Source: Malacoraja senta (Eukaryota). Taken from it: a stretch of 64,000 bases of DNA. A program made the position numbers and the translations under genes. Under the pieces are notes generated by a model. The model searched no databases, was not told the DNA's origin, and saw only the letters and a program-made list of their open reading frames with translations. Below, one piece after another: positions 1-13,670 of this stretch (position 1 is its first letter; each line of letters opens with the position of its first letter). The stretch spans positions 9,240,001 through 9,304,000 of the forward strand of contig CM075996.1 in the NCBI GenBank assembly GCA_038087875.1. Reading direction: 5' to 3'.

Positions 1-332
1 AAAGAAGGAAGAAGCGGAGACAGTAGGCTGTGGGAGAGCTGGGAATGGGAGGGGAAGAAGGGAGAAAGCAAGGACTACCTGAAATTAGAGAAGCCAATGT
101 GCATACTGCTGGGGTGTAAACTACCCAAGCAAATATGAGGTGCTGCTCCTCCAATATGCGGTGGGCCTCACTCTGGCCATGGAGGAGGCCCAGGACAGAA
201 AGATCGGATTCGGAATGGGAAGGGGAGTTGAAGTGTTGAGCCACCGGGAGATCAGGTTGGTTATTGCGAACTGAGTGGAGGTGTCGTGTGAAGCGATCGC
301 CAAGCCTGCGCTTGGTCTTACCGAGGTTGATC
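1..332 (-). mobile_element. Penelope-like element 3' fragment (GIY-YIG C-terminus and UTR), runs off the window edge
   Basis: Minus strand encodes ...GKTKRRLGDRF...VRNNQPDLPVAQHFNSPSHSESDLSVLGLLHG; homologous to 27600-27870. Confidence 0.85.
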
Positions 333-2625
333 ATACGCTGAATATTCCAACCACATTTTTGTTTGGAAGTGGAAAGAAATAATAGAAATTGCATTCATTG
401 CAATGTGTAAAAAGAGTTGAGATACTGTATTATAATTTTGCTGCATGTCATTGTGGTATATATCATGTCTTGATCGGTGAATATGTTTAGTTTGTGACTT
501 TATTTGAAGCAGAAATAATATGTGAATGCTTCATTGAGCATAATTCCGACTGGTAACTACGCATTTCGTCCGAGCACATTATCGCACACGTCATGCAAAC
601 CATCTTAAATGACCACCTAAACTGTCATTTGGCAACTTAAAAAGCTGTCAAGGTTTCCCGGCTGACAACAGAGGAAAAAAATTAAGTGAGAACCCTGCAA
701 CGTGTATAATATTTTTAACACTGTCATAGGCCTTTCTTACATATGCTGTCACAACGCACTGTAGTCTCTAAACAACCTTTCAGTAATTTTCCTTGCCCTC
801 CATTTCAGAATAATAGTGTTTTAAGCCAATAACTCGACACGAGCACTGGCAATAAATAAATTAATTTAAAAAAGCGCGGCTTTCCAGCCCCTTATCTCAT
901 TGGCCACGCTCGGCTGCAAATCGGTGTCATCCTGGTGGACCATCTTCCTCTAGTCGTGGGGGTGGGGGATTGGGTGGGGCCTCACAAGTGGAACAGCTTA
1001 GGGCCTCTCTTCATCTAAATCCGGCCCTGATGATTCCTGATGGTCATGAGTACAATATCAAGGTGGCGGACCATAATTTTGGCATCTGGAAGATGAGTTC
1101 AGCAGTGAAGCCTTGAAATTCTTGACTGGATATGACAGGGGTGGAGAGCTTTAATCTGATACATTTGTTTGGGAATTGCTGGGTTCTATTCATTGTATGA
1201 TTCTTTGCTTCAGAAAATTACACAAGATTAACATTTTAAACAATTCCCACCACTTCTTATGGCTCTTTAATTTGTGCTAAACTTTCATTATATCTGGGCA
1301 ACTATTTCAATGCAAAGAATTAATATTTTGTTGATTGTATATTGTGATCAACAAAGGAAAGGGACACATGAAACCAAGAAAGTTTCATGGACACATAAAT
1401 TATTTATTAAATGATATTCCTCGTGAGTCTCTGTTGAGCAACCTTGTATATGATGTACATTTAGACTGGGGCTTTGGGATTGAAGAAACAAATGAAATAA
1501 TCTGGTGATGAAATTGAGCAAAATTTGTGGAGAAACTATTGGAGGACTTGAATATGTCACTATAGTGTCACTTTACTGCAATGTAAAGAAATACAAATAC
1601 ATTCCAGAACAGGAGAAGAAAATGCATTGGAAGAGCAGAGAATGCCAAAATATACATAGTTACATGCTATATTTTGGGGGGAAAAAAATCAGTGGTAGAA
1701 AATTAAATGAAATAGTGCTGTATTTCTGTGTGAACTGTGACAGTTTAAATGTTAATGAAATTTGTGAAATCATACAAATACAGGTAGTTCTGCTATTATG
1801 TGTATTTCTATAACACAAACTGCTTATAATGCAAGTGATGAACTATTCACATTACACAGGTCATGGGTTCTCACATGATTTTGATAAGGAAATAGAGAAC
1901 CATTTAATTTTTTTTTAATTGGGAAAGAAAAATGCTGTCTTGTATTTAAACCATATCGGGGAGAAAGCCGGTTCCATGGAACCATCCCATGATAATAAGA
2001 CACCAATGTCTTTTAAGAGCACATCTGTTACTTTGACCACGATGATCATTGAAATTGAGAAGCAATTGCTTCTTTTGACCATCGTGCAACGATGTTCCAT
2101 TAAACAATGTAACACACATCCTTTAGTATACAGGATACAGACCTAATGCAGCCAAATGCAATTAGCATGGATAGACTTCATAGTCAACGTGGATGAGATG
2201 TGCTGATTGGACCTGTTTTTCTGATTCAATGATCCCTGCCCTCAAGTCTTGACTGCTGCTCAGATCCCCAGACCAGTCAACATAAACCACTGCTGATGAT
2301 TGCACTTCCGCTATTTGCCAACTTATTTTCCAAACATCCTCATCCATTGATTTTCTTCATGTCGTATCCCACTTTATTTCCCTGTATTTTCCTCAGTTTT
2401 CAATGGCTACGGCTGCACAATATGGCATCTCCCAACCTAGACCAGCTCTGTAGGCCACTGACTTGTTTATCTTCTCCCTGATTGGTAGAGTCATGGTCAT
2501 ATAGCACATAAACTGGCCTGTGGCCCAGTGAGTTTGACAAGCCATCAAAGATTCCTTTATTATAACTGTGCTATTGTTTGATAAAAAGTATGAACTTTTT
2601 AGTGATTTACCTTTTGTCCCTTCAG

Positions 2626-2670
2626 GAGTCATTCTTCCAGGACATTGATCTCTTACAGAAGCATGGCATT
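2626..2670 (+). CDS. DMC1: DMC1 coding exon (equivalent to human exon 3): ESFFQDIDLLQKHGI
   Basis: ttcag| acceptor and |gtgagt donor, 45 bp, phase 0/0; peptide matches the N-terminus of vertebrate DMC1 (ESLFQDIDLLQKHGI). Confidence 0.95.
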
Positions 2671-2770
2671 GTGAGTATACTAAATGGTGACCATCTGAGC
2701 TGTCATCACAGTTCGTTATTTTTGGTTGTGTAAATTCTATTGTTAGTGACTTTAGCAGTACATTGAGCAA

Positions 2771-3940
2771 TCTATATACTTAAAAGTCTGATCTAGTATG
2801 TGTGTGTGTGTGTTTGTTTGTGTATAATCACATCTTCTCGAAAAAACATCGTGGTAACGGTGAAAATTTTACATATTCCGGTAGAGATTTTTCCCGTGGT
2901 CCAAAATCGCTTTATCTGAAAATTTCATACTTTATTTCTTGAGTTATTACTCAAAATGTTCAAAAATCGGATAAAACTTTGAAATAAAAATGACTGTCTT
3001 TCGCTGATGATGTCACAATGGGTCTGCTTGCTGCCGTCTTTCTCACACTGCAAGTGACATTACCCTCCCCCCCAACCCCTCCCTCCTCCCCCCCGTTATT
3101 CAAAAGACGGAGACTGAAGCCGCTGAACTCGCAGTCCTTTGGTCGCCGGCCAGCCGGCCGAGCCCCCCTCGCTCGGAGTCCTCGGGTCGGCGCACGGTGG
3201 GGCGGTTGCTGCTGCAGATTGGACCTGGGCTGGAGCTGGAGTGAGGGAGTATTGCGTTTGGGAACCAGCCCTGCCCTGTGACGCCGCGCGCCATCTCTCT
3301 GTGCCTCTGCCCTCTCTCCCTCTCCCACTTCCCACTCCCCCGGGCCTCTCTCTCCCCACCCTCTCTCCCCCCCCCTCTGTCTCCCCCCTCTCTCCCCCCT
3401 CTCTCCCCCCTCTCTAACCCCACCCCTCTCTACCACCCCCTCTACCTCTTTCTCTCTCCCCCCCTCTCTTTCTCTCCCCCCTCTCTTTCTCTCCCCCTCT
3501 CTTTCTCTCCCCCTCTCTTTCTCCCCCCCTCTCTCTCTCTCCCCCTCTCTCTCTCTCCCCCCTCTCTCTCTCCCCCCTCTCTCTCTCCCCCCTCTCTCTC
3601 TCCCCCCTCTCTCCCCCTCTCTCTCTCTCCCCCTCCCTCTCTCTCTCTCCCCCCTCTCTCTCTCTCCCCCCTCTCTCTCTCTCCCCCTCTCTCTCTCTCC
3701 CCCCTCTCTCTCTCTCTCCCCCCTCTCTCTCTCCCCCCTCTCTCTCCCCCCTCTCTCTCCCCCCTCTCTCTCTCTCTCTCTCTCCCCCCCTCCCTCTCTC
3801 TCTCCCCCCTCTCTCTCCCCCCATCTCTCTCCCCCCTATCTCTCTCCCCCCATCCTTCACCTCTCTCTCCCCACCCCCTCTCTCCCCACCCCCCTCTCTC
3901 CCCACCCCCCTCTCTCCCCAATTGGTTCTACTTAGTCTAA
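2771..3940 (+). mobile_element. Non-autonomous Helitron-like element with internal microsatellites
   Basis: Starts TCTATATACTTAAAAGTCTGATCT, ends CTTAGTCTAA (TC...CTRR), sits between host A and T with no TSD; (GT)n near the 5' end; related 5' termini recur at 13415 and 14062 on the minus strand. Confidence 0.65.
3295..3918. repeat. CT-rich polypyrimidine low-complexity tract
   Basis: (CT)nCm units; source of the spurious S/L/P- and R/E/G-rich ORFs. Confidence 0.95.
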
Positions 3941-4064
3941 TAATCAATGGAATTTTTTTTTTTAATGACAGTTAGAAATCTCAAACACTCAGCTGGGCAA
4001 GCAATATCAGTGAAAAAAAAAGACATGTTTCTGGTTAAAAATATCACCATGACTTGCAAGCTTG

Positions 4065-4340
4065 TGTTTAGTTTAGTTTAGAGATACAGCGCGGAAACAG
4101 GCCCTTCGGCCCAACGTGTCTGCACCGACCAGCGATCCCCACACACCAACACTATCCTACATACACTAAGGACAATTTTACATTATACCAAGCCACTTAA
4201 CCTACAAACCTGTATGTCTTTAGAGTGTGGGAGGAAACCGAAGATCTTGGAGAAAACCCATGTAGGACACAGGGAGAACATACAAACTCCGTACAGACAG
4301 CACAGGTCATCAGGATAACACCAGGGTCTCTTACCACTGT
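4065..4340 (-). mobile_element. tRNA-derived SINE (HE1/V-SINE-like) with CR1-type tail
   Basis: (GTTTA)n tail followed by GGAAACAGGCCCTTCGGCCC (shared with CR1 3' ends) and the TGTGGGAGGAAACCG core; related copies at about 15355-15682, 33460-33615 and 39200-39528. Confidence 0.75.
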
Positions 4341-4344
4341 GTTC

Positions 4345-4770
4345 TAGAGAGAGTTTGGATAGGCTGGGACTTTTTCTTCGGAGCATAAGAAGCGAAGTCC
4401 GTATTGAGATGTATGAGATCACGAGGAGCCTGGATAAAGTAAACTAAAGCTTGCAGCCTTTTCCCCAGGGTAGAGGGTTCTCAAACTAGGGCATAGTCTT
4501 AAGGTAATGGAGGATAAATTCAAGCGGGACCTCAAGGGCATCCTTTTTCACTTGGAGAACTAAGTATCTGGAACAAGCTGCCAGAGGAAGCCATAGAGGT
4601 GATACAATTACGACATGTAAAAGACATTTGGACAGATTTATGGATAGGAAAGAGTTTAGAAGTCAATGGGCCAAATGCAGGTAAATGGGACTAGCCCAGT
4701 ATGTTAACTTGGTTAGCATGGACATGGTGGGCCAAAGGGCCTGTTTCTATGCTGTGTAGCTCTATGATTC
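4345..4770 (+). mobile_element. Degenerate CR1-type LINE 3' fragment
   Basis: Decayed match to the 3' end of the CR1 ORF2 and UTR (GGGCCAAAGGGCCTGTTTC). Confidence 0.7.
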
Positions 4771-6011
4771 GATGAAGATCTTTCATCGGAACTAGGAAAG
4801 AAGTTTATTTATATTACAAAGAATATGACAGAGGAAATATCCCTGATGGGCGAGGTTAGGCTTGTGGTGGTGACAATCTATTGATGATGGCATCTGGTCG
4901 AAATTTTAATGAAAACAATTGGAGAGAGGGAAATCAAATAAAGCGTCATGTAAAAGCTGTGAAATATGTCAGAGACGACAGAAATCTACAGTACGTCCGG
5001 CTATGTCATGGAGAGAAAAACTGAGTGAATGTGACAGATACTTTGCAGTAGAGATGACCCTTCTGATACAGAGAAAGCAAATTGCCTGAAAATGGTGAAT
5101 TTAATGCGAAATCCTAAAGGCTGTAATGTAGCTAAACAGGAGATAAGGTGTTGTTCTTCAAACTTCTTTTGAGTCTTGTTAGAATAGTGCAGACAGCCTC
5201 TATTAGACCAGAGTGCGAATGGGATTGAGAATTAAAGTGGATTGAGAACTGACACTGGAAGCTCAGGGTCACCCCTGAAGAGGTGCACCTCTAAATTGGT
5301 CACTCAATTTGCATTTGGCTAGAGGAGACTGCAGTGAGCACTGAATGCAAGTGAATTGCTGTTTTTACATGAGATACTGTTCATCAGTCACTGTTTACAT
5401 TGCACATCTGAAGTGTTTTGGTGCCTCAAATTGACTGGATTTTTCCAAAATATAATATGATTGTTTAGAAGCATCCTGTGCTATGGGTTGGAGGTCTAAT
5501 CCAAGTGACAGGCAGGAGAAGTCTACCCAAAACATCGACTCCCGATGTAGAGTCCGTTCCCAATATAGAAGCTACCTGACCAGCTGAGTCCATCCAGCAC
5601 TTTGTTGTTTTGGTCAATAAATGTATTTCTTTCCGATGAGAAAATGGGATAATATAATTTTCAAGATTAGCTATGTTTCTCAGTTATTTTGTTTCTGGTA
5701 CTCCTGACTTTCTTGACATGCCACTTTGAGATCAGGTGTTGGCAACTCCTGTAAGTGGCATTCTACCTAATGTCAGGAAATTTCAAATACATCAGTTTTA
5801 AGTTAGGATTAAAGTGCAAATGCTGAAAAAACTTTGAGTGAGAGATAGAACATGTAAAAAAAACTCCAAGTCAGGGCAGCTTCTGTGGAAAGAGAAACTT
5901 AATGCTTCGAGTACAGAACTCTTCACCAGAACTGGGAAAGAACGAAAAATAAGTTAGTTGGAGCCAAGTTAAGGACAGATGGGTAAAACAAAGAGAAGAG
6001 TCTAAATTAGT

Positions 6012-7770
6012 TGGTAGACAAAAAATGCTGAAGTAACTCAGCGGGTGAGGCAGCATCTATAGAGAGAAGGAATTGGCAACGTTTCGGGTCGAGACCCTTC
6101 TTCAGACTGATGTCAGGGGAGGGGGTGGGACAAGGAAAGAATGTAGGCGGAAACAGTAAGACTGGTGGGAGAACTGGGAAGGGGGTGGCGATGGAGAGAG
6201 AAAGCAAGGGCTACCTGAAGTTAGAGAAGTCAATGTTCATATTGCTGGGGTGTAAATTACCCAAGTAAAATATGAGGTGCTGTTCCTCCAATTTGCACTG
6301 GGCCTCACTGACAATGGAGGAGGCCCAGGACAGAAAGGTCAAATTGAGAATGGGAGGGGGAGTTGAAGTGCTGGGCCATCGGGAGATCAGCTTGATTAAG
6401 ACGGACTGAGCAGAAGTGTTCAGCGAAAAGATCGCGAGTCTGCGCTTGGTCTTGCCGATGTAGACAAATTGAAAACTGGAACAGCGGCTGTAGATGAGGC
6501 TGGAGGGAGGTGCAAGTGAACCTCTGCCTCACCTGGAGGTAAAGGGACAGTTGTTGCATCTCCTGCAGTTGCAGGGGAAAGTACCTGTGGAGGGGTGGTT
6601 TGGGTGGCAAGGGACGAGTTAACCAGGGAGTTACGGAGGGAACGGTCTCTGCGGAAAGCAGAAAGGGGTAGAGATGGTAAAATGTGGCCAGTAGTGGGAT
6701 CCTGTTGGAGGTGGCGAAAATGTTGGAGAATTATATGCTGTATATGACGGCTGATGGGGTGGAAGGTGAGGACAAGGGGGACTCTGTCCTTGTTACGAGT
6801 GGGGAGAGGGCGAGTAAGAGCGGAGCTGTGGGATATCGAGGAGACCCTAGAGAGAGCCTCATCTATAATGGAAGAGGGAAACCCCGTTCTCTAAAGAAGG
6901 ACATCTCCGATGCCCTGGTATGGAAAACCTCATCCTGGGCACTGATGCGGCGTAGAGGGAGGAATTGGGAGTATGCGATAGTGTCTTTATAAGAAGCAGG
7001 GTGGGAAGAAGTGTAGTCCAGATAGCTATGGGAGTCAATCAGTTTGTAGTAGATGTCGGTCAATAGTCTGTTTCCTGTGATGGAGACGGTGAGATCTAGA
7101 AATGGTAGGGAGATGTCGGAGATGGTCCAAGTGAATTTGAGGGCACGATGGAAATTAGTGGTGAAGTAGATGAAGTCAGTGAGTTCTGCATGGGTGCAGG
7201 AAGTAGCACCAATGCAGTCATCAATGTAGCGGAGGTAGAGTTCGGGGATAGGGCCACGGTATGACTGGAACGATGATTGTTCGACGTACCCTACAAAGAG
7301 GCAGGCATAGCTAGGGCCCAAGCGAGTGTCCATAGCTACGCCTTGGATCTAGAGGAAGTGGGAGGAGTCGAAGGAGAAGTTGTTGAGGGTGTTTAGGTGG
7401 AGGAGAGTATTGGTGGACGGAAATTGGCTGGTTCTGCGGTCGAGGAAGAAACGGAGGGCTTTAAGACCCTCCTGGTGAGGGATGGAGGTGTAGAGTGACT
7501 GGACATCCATAGTAAAGATGAGGGAGTGGGGGCCTGGAAAATGGAAGTCATTGAGGAGACGAAGAGCGTGTGAGGTGTCTTGTACATAGGTAGGGAAGGA
7601 TTGGACCAGGGGGGCATGCGGGCCTGGGGAACGATAAGGTTGGAGGCTTTACGGGGCAGAGAGCCAGAAGTGATGAAGTCAGTAATGGTGCTTGAGATTA
7701 AGGCCTGGTGCTCGTCTGTGGGGTCATGGTCCAAGGATAAGAAGGAGGAGGTGTCGCCTGGCCTCAGTCA
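6012..7770 (-). mobile_element. Penelope-like retroelement, 5'-truncated and decayed (RT, GIY-YIG, terminal repeat)
   Basis: ORF 6863..7333 has YLRYIDD, LPFLDL and SYLDYTSSHP PLE RT motifs; GIY-YIG remnant 6305-6610; hammerhead-like motif at 6075-6110. Confidence 0.88.
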
Positions 7771-8069
7771 GTTAGAGCTGCAGTTAGAAGTACATTATGT
7801 TTCTTTGTCTCAATAATGTGTTGCTCATAGCAAGGATGCGGTTTGTTCTCACAGGCTGGATTATACGAATAGAACCAGGAAAAAGTCAAAATGATGAAAG
7901 GTAGATTCAGACCGAAAGAACTGTTTCAGGATAATGAGTTTCTGTTTTGATGAAAGCTCATCAAACTGGACTCCATCCCATGACTTCAGTTTGTGTCCGT
8001 GTTCTAAACAAAATGATTCCTTGTTTTTTCAGTTAATGAATTGGGTCCATTTTGGTGTTTTTCTCACAG

Positions 8070-8216
8070 AATGTGGCTGACATTAAGAAAATGAAAACTG
8101 CTGGGATCTGTACAGTGAAAGGGATTCAGATGACAACGCGAAAGGCACTGTGCAACATTAAGGGTCTTTCTGAGGCTAAGGTTGATAAAATCAAGGAAGC
8201 AGCCAACAAACTCATT
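8070..8216 (+). CDS. DMC1: DMC1 coding exon (exon 4 equivalent): [49 protein letters not shown]
   Basis: cacag| and |gtaaga, 147 bp; lies inside ORF 8052..8282; helix-hairpin-helix N-domain of DMC1. Confidence 0.97.
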
Positions 8217-8311
8217 GTAAGAATACATTTCACCGGTATAAATAAATCCACATATATTTTCCCTGCTACTCTCCCAAAGTGACATGCCTTCAGATCAACA
8301 ATGAGCCTAAC

Positions 8312-9312
8312 TTTTTTTTTTTTTTTTAATTTTTTATTAGAAGTACAACTGTATACACTCATATTTTCATAATACATTTTATGTACAACTTCTTTTTTTT
8401 TTTTTAATTATAATAAAGAAGAAAAAGAAAAAGAAATTAGATAATGAAGTATAGAAAAATGTGAGATATATAGTGTGTGAAAAAGAAAAATAGAAAGTGA
8501 AAGAAGAAGTTAAAGAATAAAAAAAATAAGAAAATGGGAATAGAAGAAAAAAAAAAGGAAGAAAAAGAAAAAAGAAGTAAGGAGATCTTATTTATAATCT
8601 TGACCATCCCTCGTCCAGTCACGAGTTAGCTTTTACAATTGTGTTGCACCATATGATTCCAAAAAGATGACAAATGGAGACCAACTCGTTATGAATTGGT
8701 CAAATTTATCTATTAGGAGAAATCGCATTTCCTCAAGATGTGCGGTGTCCAACATACTTGCAATCCACATTTTGAGCGTTGGTATGGGTGTATTTTTCCA
8801 AAATGTAAGTATTAATTTTTTTGCTATTATTAAACCATAATTAAAAAATAATTTTTGAGATGGATTCAATTTATTCCCATCTTCCATTACCCCAAATATA
8901 ATCAATTCATTATTAGGTTCCATTTTTATCTTAAATAATTTTGTGAATATTTCGAAAATATCACTCCAAAATCTATAGTTTTATACAGGAAACAAAAGAG
9001 TGTGTTATAGTTGCATCTTGGGTTAAACATTTATCACAAATGGGGGATATATTTGGATATAATTTATTTAATCTTGTTTTTGAATAATATAATCTATGTA
9101 AAATTTTAAATTGAATTAGATTATGTCTTGCATTAATCGAACATTTGTGAATGTGTGTCAAATACTTTTCCCATGTAACCTTCGTAATTTTTATCATTAA
9201 TTCACATTCCCACTCTTCTCTAAGTACCTCTGTCGCTGGTAGGTCTATATTTAAAATACTATTATATAAATATGATATTAATTTTTGTGTATCAGCTTTA
9301 ATATTCATTACT
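8312..9312 (-). mobile_element. 5'-truncated L1-clade LINE with poly(A) tail and TSD
   Basis: Poly-T at 8312; ORFs 8973..9359 and 8633..8923 (FKILHRLY...CDKC...HSFVSC zinc-binding C-terminus); TSD AACAATGAGCCTAAC at 8297-8311 and 9313-9327. Confidence 0.88.
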
Positions 9313-11092
9313 AACAATGAGCCTAACTGATGTACATTATACCAATTTTTATGCCCCACCTGAACTTCTATTCTTCATCTATAGCATGTCCTATTTCTTC
9401 CTCATGTACACCCTCTTAAATGTTTCTGAACATTTCACCTCGATATACTAACTTATTTGTTGGATTTGTTAGTGGTTATGTTCTGTGTTTTCTCAATAGG
9501 AACCACACCAGGTCACTTTTTTGACTTTTTTCTAGACGAATGATCACTATTATCAATGATATATTTTTATAACATCGGGACCAGAACTGTTCAAGGCACA
9601 CCCTTTGGCCTCAGTGCTTTGCTGACTCACAGTCACACTCTCTCCTTTCTGTACCTGTACTTTCTCCTTTAAGTATGACTTCATCTAAAAGAATGCATCT
9701 ACTACAGATCTTCGCTCCTCTTAATCTCTCTGTCTCCATTTCAGGGACAGAGACATTCCACTGACATTATTACAAATCCTCTCCAGCACCTTCGGTCTCT
9801 TGTATCTCCATAAAAGATGCATTGTATCTTGTATCCTTTACCATTAATGTTAAGCAATAGTTATAGTTTTCAGGTTTGTAAATTCTCAATCGCAATCAAT
9901 TTTATGAGGATGGATTATGATGTTGTAAGTATCTATTTGAAGATAAATAAGCACAAAGAAGGATAGACAATTTTAAAAGGAAATGTTGAGGTTTCAGGAC
10001 AAATACCTGCCTGTTTAAGAAAAAGGATAGGACTTCCAAACTTAAAACTGCTGCATATCCTGCCCTGCAAGCTCCTTGATAAAGGAAAAATACTATCAAG
10101 AGTGTTTATTTGTCATATGTACTGAAACAGAACAATTAAATTCTTACTGGCAGATACCAATATTGAAAAAGGCTTGGATGGTATTTAAAACTTTGGGGGT
10201 AAAATTAGAAAGGAAATTATGAAGGCAGAGACACTGCATGAATTGATTATAAGAAATGAAAATAAGGACAATTCAAAATAAAGACACAAATGTTGGATGA
10301 TGTGGTACAAAAGCAGCAGAGAACCATGTTTAGTATTGCAGCTATGTTTCAGGCAAAAAGAAGATCAGATACATTATCAGAAGAGCTAGGACAGCTTGAG
10401 GAACTGGGAGAATGGATGAAATTGTTACAGGTTGGGAGGGACTTAGTCAAGATACCCGTGGAAATCTGTGGACTTGAATTGGCCGTATCTCAGCTTAAAA
10501 ACAAAACAAAATGCCCTGCGAACAAACAGTATCCCCACTGAAGTTCTAAAATTCAACAGTGACTGCTTCAGTCACAAATGCACAATCTCACGGTCCACTC
10601 TGAGGAGAACAAACCTGGGAACCTCAGGGATGCTGGAAGTGTAACACACATTGTGAAAGGAAACAAGTCTGATTGTAGTAACTACTGGGGTCTCCCTGTT
10701 GTCCTCCATAGAGAAAGTCATTGCTAGAATTCTCCACAACCACCTCCTCCAGGATTGTCCTGAGCAAAGATACTCAGTTTGGATTAGTGTGTTATGGCAT
10801 CTTTTTCAAACACATGTCCTAAGGAGACGTGACAGGATAGATGTTGAGATGTTTTCACTGGTCAGCGAGTCGCAAACAAGGGGACAAAGTTACAAAATGA
10901 GGGACTGATTATTTAAGACTGGTGCTTAGAAATTTCTTCTCTTAGATGGTTATGAATCTCTGGAGTTCACTGCCTTCAAAAGTGGTGAGAGCTAGATTGT
11001 TAGGTGGACATAGATAAATATTTGAGAAATAAAGGGATCAAATGTTATGGGGAACTACAGAGAGGATGAGGCCAACATAGATCAGCCATGAT

Positions 11093-11890
11093 CATAGAAA
11101 CAGAAAAAAATAGGTGCAGGTTTAGCCATTCGGCCCTTCGAGCCAGCATCGCCATTCAATATGATCATGGCTGATCATCCAAAATCAGTACCCCGTTCCG
11201 GCTTTTTCCCCATATCCCTTGATTCTCAGTCCTAAGAGCCAAATCTAACTCTCTTGAAAACATCCAGTGAATTGGCCTTTTGTGGCAGAAAATTCCACAG
11301 ATTCACAACTCTGCGTGAAAAAGTTTTTCCTCACCTCAGTCCTAAATGGCCTACCCCTTGTTCGTAAACTGTGATCCCTGTTACTGGACTCCCCCAACAT
11401 CGGGAACATTTTTCCTGCATCAACTCTGTCCAATCCTCTAAGAATTTTATATGTTTCTGTAAGATAAATTCCAGCGAATCAAGCCCAGTTGACCCATTCT
11501 TTTATCATATGTCAGTCCTGCCATCCCGGAAATTAACCTGGTGAACCTACGCTGCACTCCCTCAATAGATATATTGTCTCTCCCCAAATTAGGAGACCAA
11601 AAATGAACACAATACTCCAGGTGCGGTTACACCAGGGCCCTATACAACTGCAGTAGGATCTCCTTGCTCCTAAATTCAAATCTTCTCGCAATGAAGACCA
11701 ACATGCCATTATCTTTCTTCACTGCCGGCTGTACCTGCATGCTTACTTTCAGTGAGTGATGTACAAGGACACCCAGGTCTCATTCCACCTCCCCGTTTCC
11801 TAATCTGACACCATTCAGATAATAATCTGTCTTCCTGTTCTTGGCACAAAAGTGGATAGCCTCACATTTATCCACATTATACTGCATCTC
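11093..11890 (-). mobile_element. CR1-type LINE 3' fragment
   Basis: Similar to the CR1 at 25885-26478; decayed RT C-terminus (ORF 11245..11433). Confidence 0.85.
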
Positions 11891-12712
11891 ATAGTCATAG
11901 ATTAATACAGTGTGGAAACAGGCCCTTCGGCCCAACTCGCCCACACCGGCCAACAATGTCCCAGCTACCCTAGTCCCACTTGCCTGCACTTGTCCATAAC
12001 CCTCCAAACCTGTCCTATTCATGTACCTGTCCAACTGTTTCTTAAATGATGGGATAGTCCCCGCCTCAACTACCTCCTCTGGCAGCTTGTTCCATACACC
12101 CACTACCCACTGTGTGAAAAAGTTGTCCCTCGGATTCCTATTAAATATTTTCCCCTTTACCTTGAACCTATGTCCTCTGGTCCGCGATTCCCCTACTCTG
12201 GGTAAAAGACTGTGCATCTACCCAATCTATTCCTCTCATGATTTTGCATACCTCCTTAAGATCTCCCATCATCTTCCTACATTCCATGGAATAGAGACCC
12301 AGCCTACTCAACCTCTCCCTATAGCTCACACCCTCAAGCCCTGGCAACATCCTCGTAAATCTTTTCTGAACCCTTTCAAGCTTGACAATATTTTTCCTAT
12401 AACATGGTGCCCAGAACTGAACACAATATTCTAAATGTGGTCTCACCAACGTCTTATACAACAGCAACATGACCTCCCAACTTCTATAATCAATACTCTG
12501 ACTGATGAAGGCCAAAGTGCCAAAAGCCTTTTTGACCACCGTATCTACCTGCGACTTGACCGTCATGGAACCATGCACTTGTACTCCTGGATCCCTCTGC
12601 TCTACAACATAACCCAGAGACCTACCATTTACCTTGTAGGTCCTGCACTTCTTCGACGTGCCATAATGCAACACCTTACACTTCTCTGTATTAAATTCCA
12701 TCAACCATTTCT
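11891..12712 (-). mobile_element. CR1-type LINE 3' fragment (second family) abutting the previous copy
   Basis: ORFs 12168..12704 and 11780..12217 (LVRPHLEYCVQFWAP, TRGH, FFTQ). Confidence 0.88.
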
Positions 12713-12928
12713 CCGCTGGGTCCCAGCATCACACGGAGGGCTGGTCCCCCAACGCGATATTCCAGCTCTCCACCAATTCCAATATTGGTAGCCAGTGCGG
12801 GGGGGGGGGGGCGCTTTCTGGAGCGCTAGTATGGACATTGTGGGCCGAATGGATTCTTGGGCTGGCAACTCACTCACTCACGGCTGGTGGGCTGGCAGTT
12901 GATTCGCGGCTATTCCTTGAAATTCCAT

Positions 12929-13094
12929 TTCAAGCAGGGTGCAAGGCCACCAAATTCAAGTGCAGTTTCTTACCACTTCAAGCAGGGTGCAAGGCCACCA
13001 GATTCAAGTGCAGTTTCATACCACTTCAAGCAGGGTGCAAGGCCACCAAATTCAAGTGCAGTTTCATACCATTGCAAGCAGGGTGCAAGGCCAC
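12929..13094. repeat. 48-bp minisatellite, about 3.5 copies
   Basis: Unit TTCAAGCAGGGTGCAAGGCCACCAAATTCAAGTGCAGTTTCATACCAC; 16-aa periodicity in the overlapping ORFs. Confidence 0.95.
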
Positions 13095-13453
13095 TAAAGA
13101 CAGCAAGTCGTGACCTCTCCCTCCTCCATCTTGCAGAGACTGAGCCTCGCCCACACTTCTGGGTTTTATAGTCCCTCCCACCAGAAGGGGCGTGGCCTTC
13201 ATGGCGTGATTGACAGGAGAGAGAATCTCAACATTTTTTAAACACCAATAACTCTTTTATTTTTCATCGATGGGAAAATTCCTCGGCACCTGATGAGCAG
13301 TGGGGGACTCTGAGTAAGATGGCCAAAATCACAGCCATACGTGGTAGCGTTTTTTCTAAAATCAATATAAAGTGCAAACAGGAAGTGGTCAAGATTAGAC
13401 TTTTAAGTATATAGAAGGCAAGGCAACATTAATTAGGCAAGGCAAATTTAATT

Positions 13454-13670
13454 AGGCAACACAGCTTTAGCATTTCCAAACCACAGGCAACACAGCTTTA
13501 GCATTTCCAAACCAAAGGCAACACAGCTTTAGCATTTCCAAACCAAAGGCAACACAGCTTTAGCATTTCCAAACCAAAGGCAACACAGCTTTAGCATTTC
13601 CAAACCAAAGGCAACACAGCTTTAGCATTTCTAAACCAAAGGCAACACAGCTTTAGCATTTCCAAACCAT
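13454..13670. repeat. 31-bp minisatellite, 7 copies
   Basis: Unit AGGCAACACAGCTTTAGCATTTCCAAACCAA repeated head to tail without spacers. Confidence 0.95.

Noticed and set aside
340..1029. Possible hAT-type ends (GAGAACCCTG at 697; AAATCCGGCCCTG at 1029)
   Set aside because: Only single termini visible; no partner TIR or TSD could be verified.
1..2625. DMC1 start-codon exon
   Set aside because: No MKEDQV-like exon with a donor was found; it probably lies upstream of the window.
2960..3947. Long S/L/P-rich and R/E/G-rich ORFs
   Set aside because: Translations of a CT microsatellite tract that lacks stop codons.
12929..13670. Regular 31-bp and 48-bp repeats resembling a CRISPR array
   Set aside because: Head-to-tail units without unique spacers, no cas genes, eukaryotic intron context.
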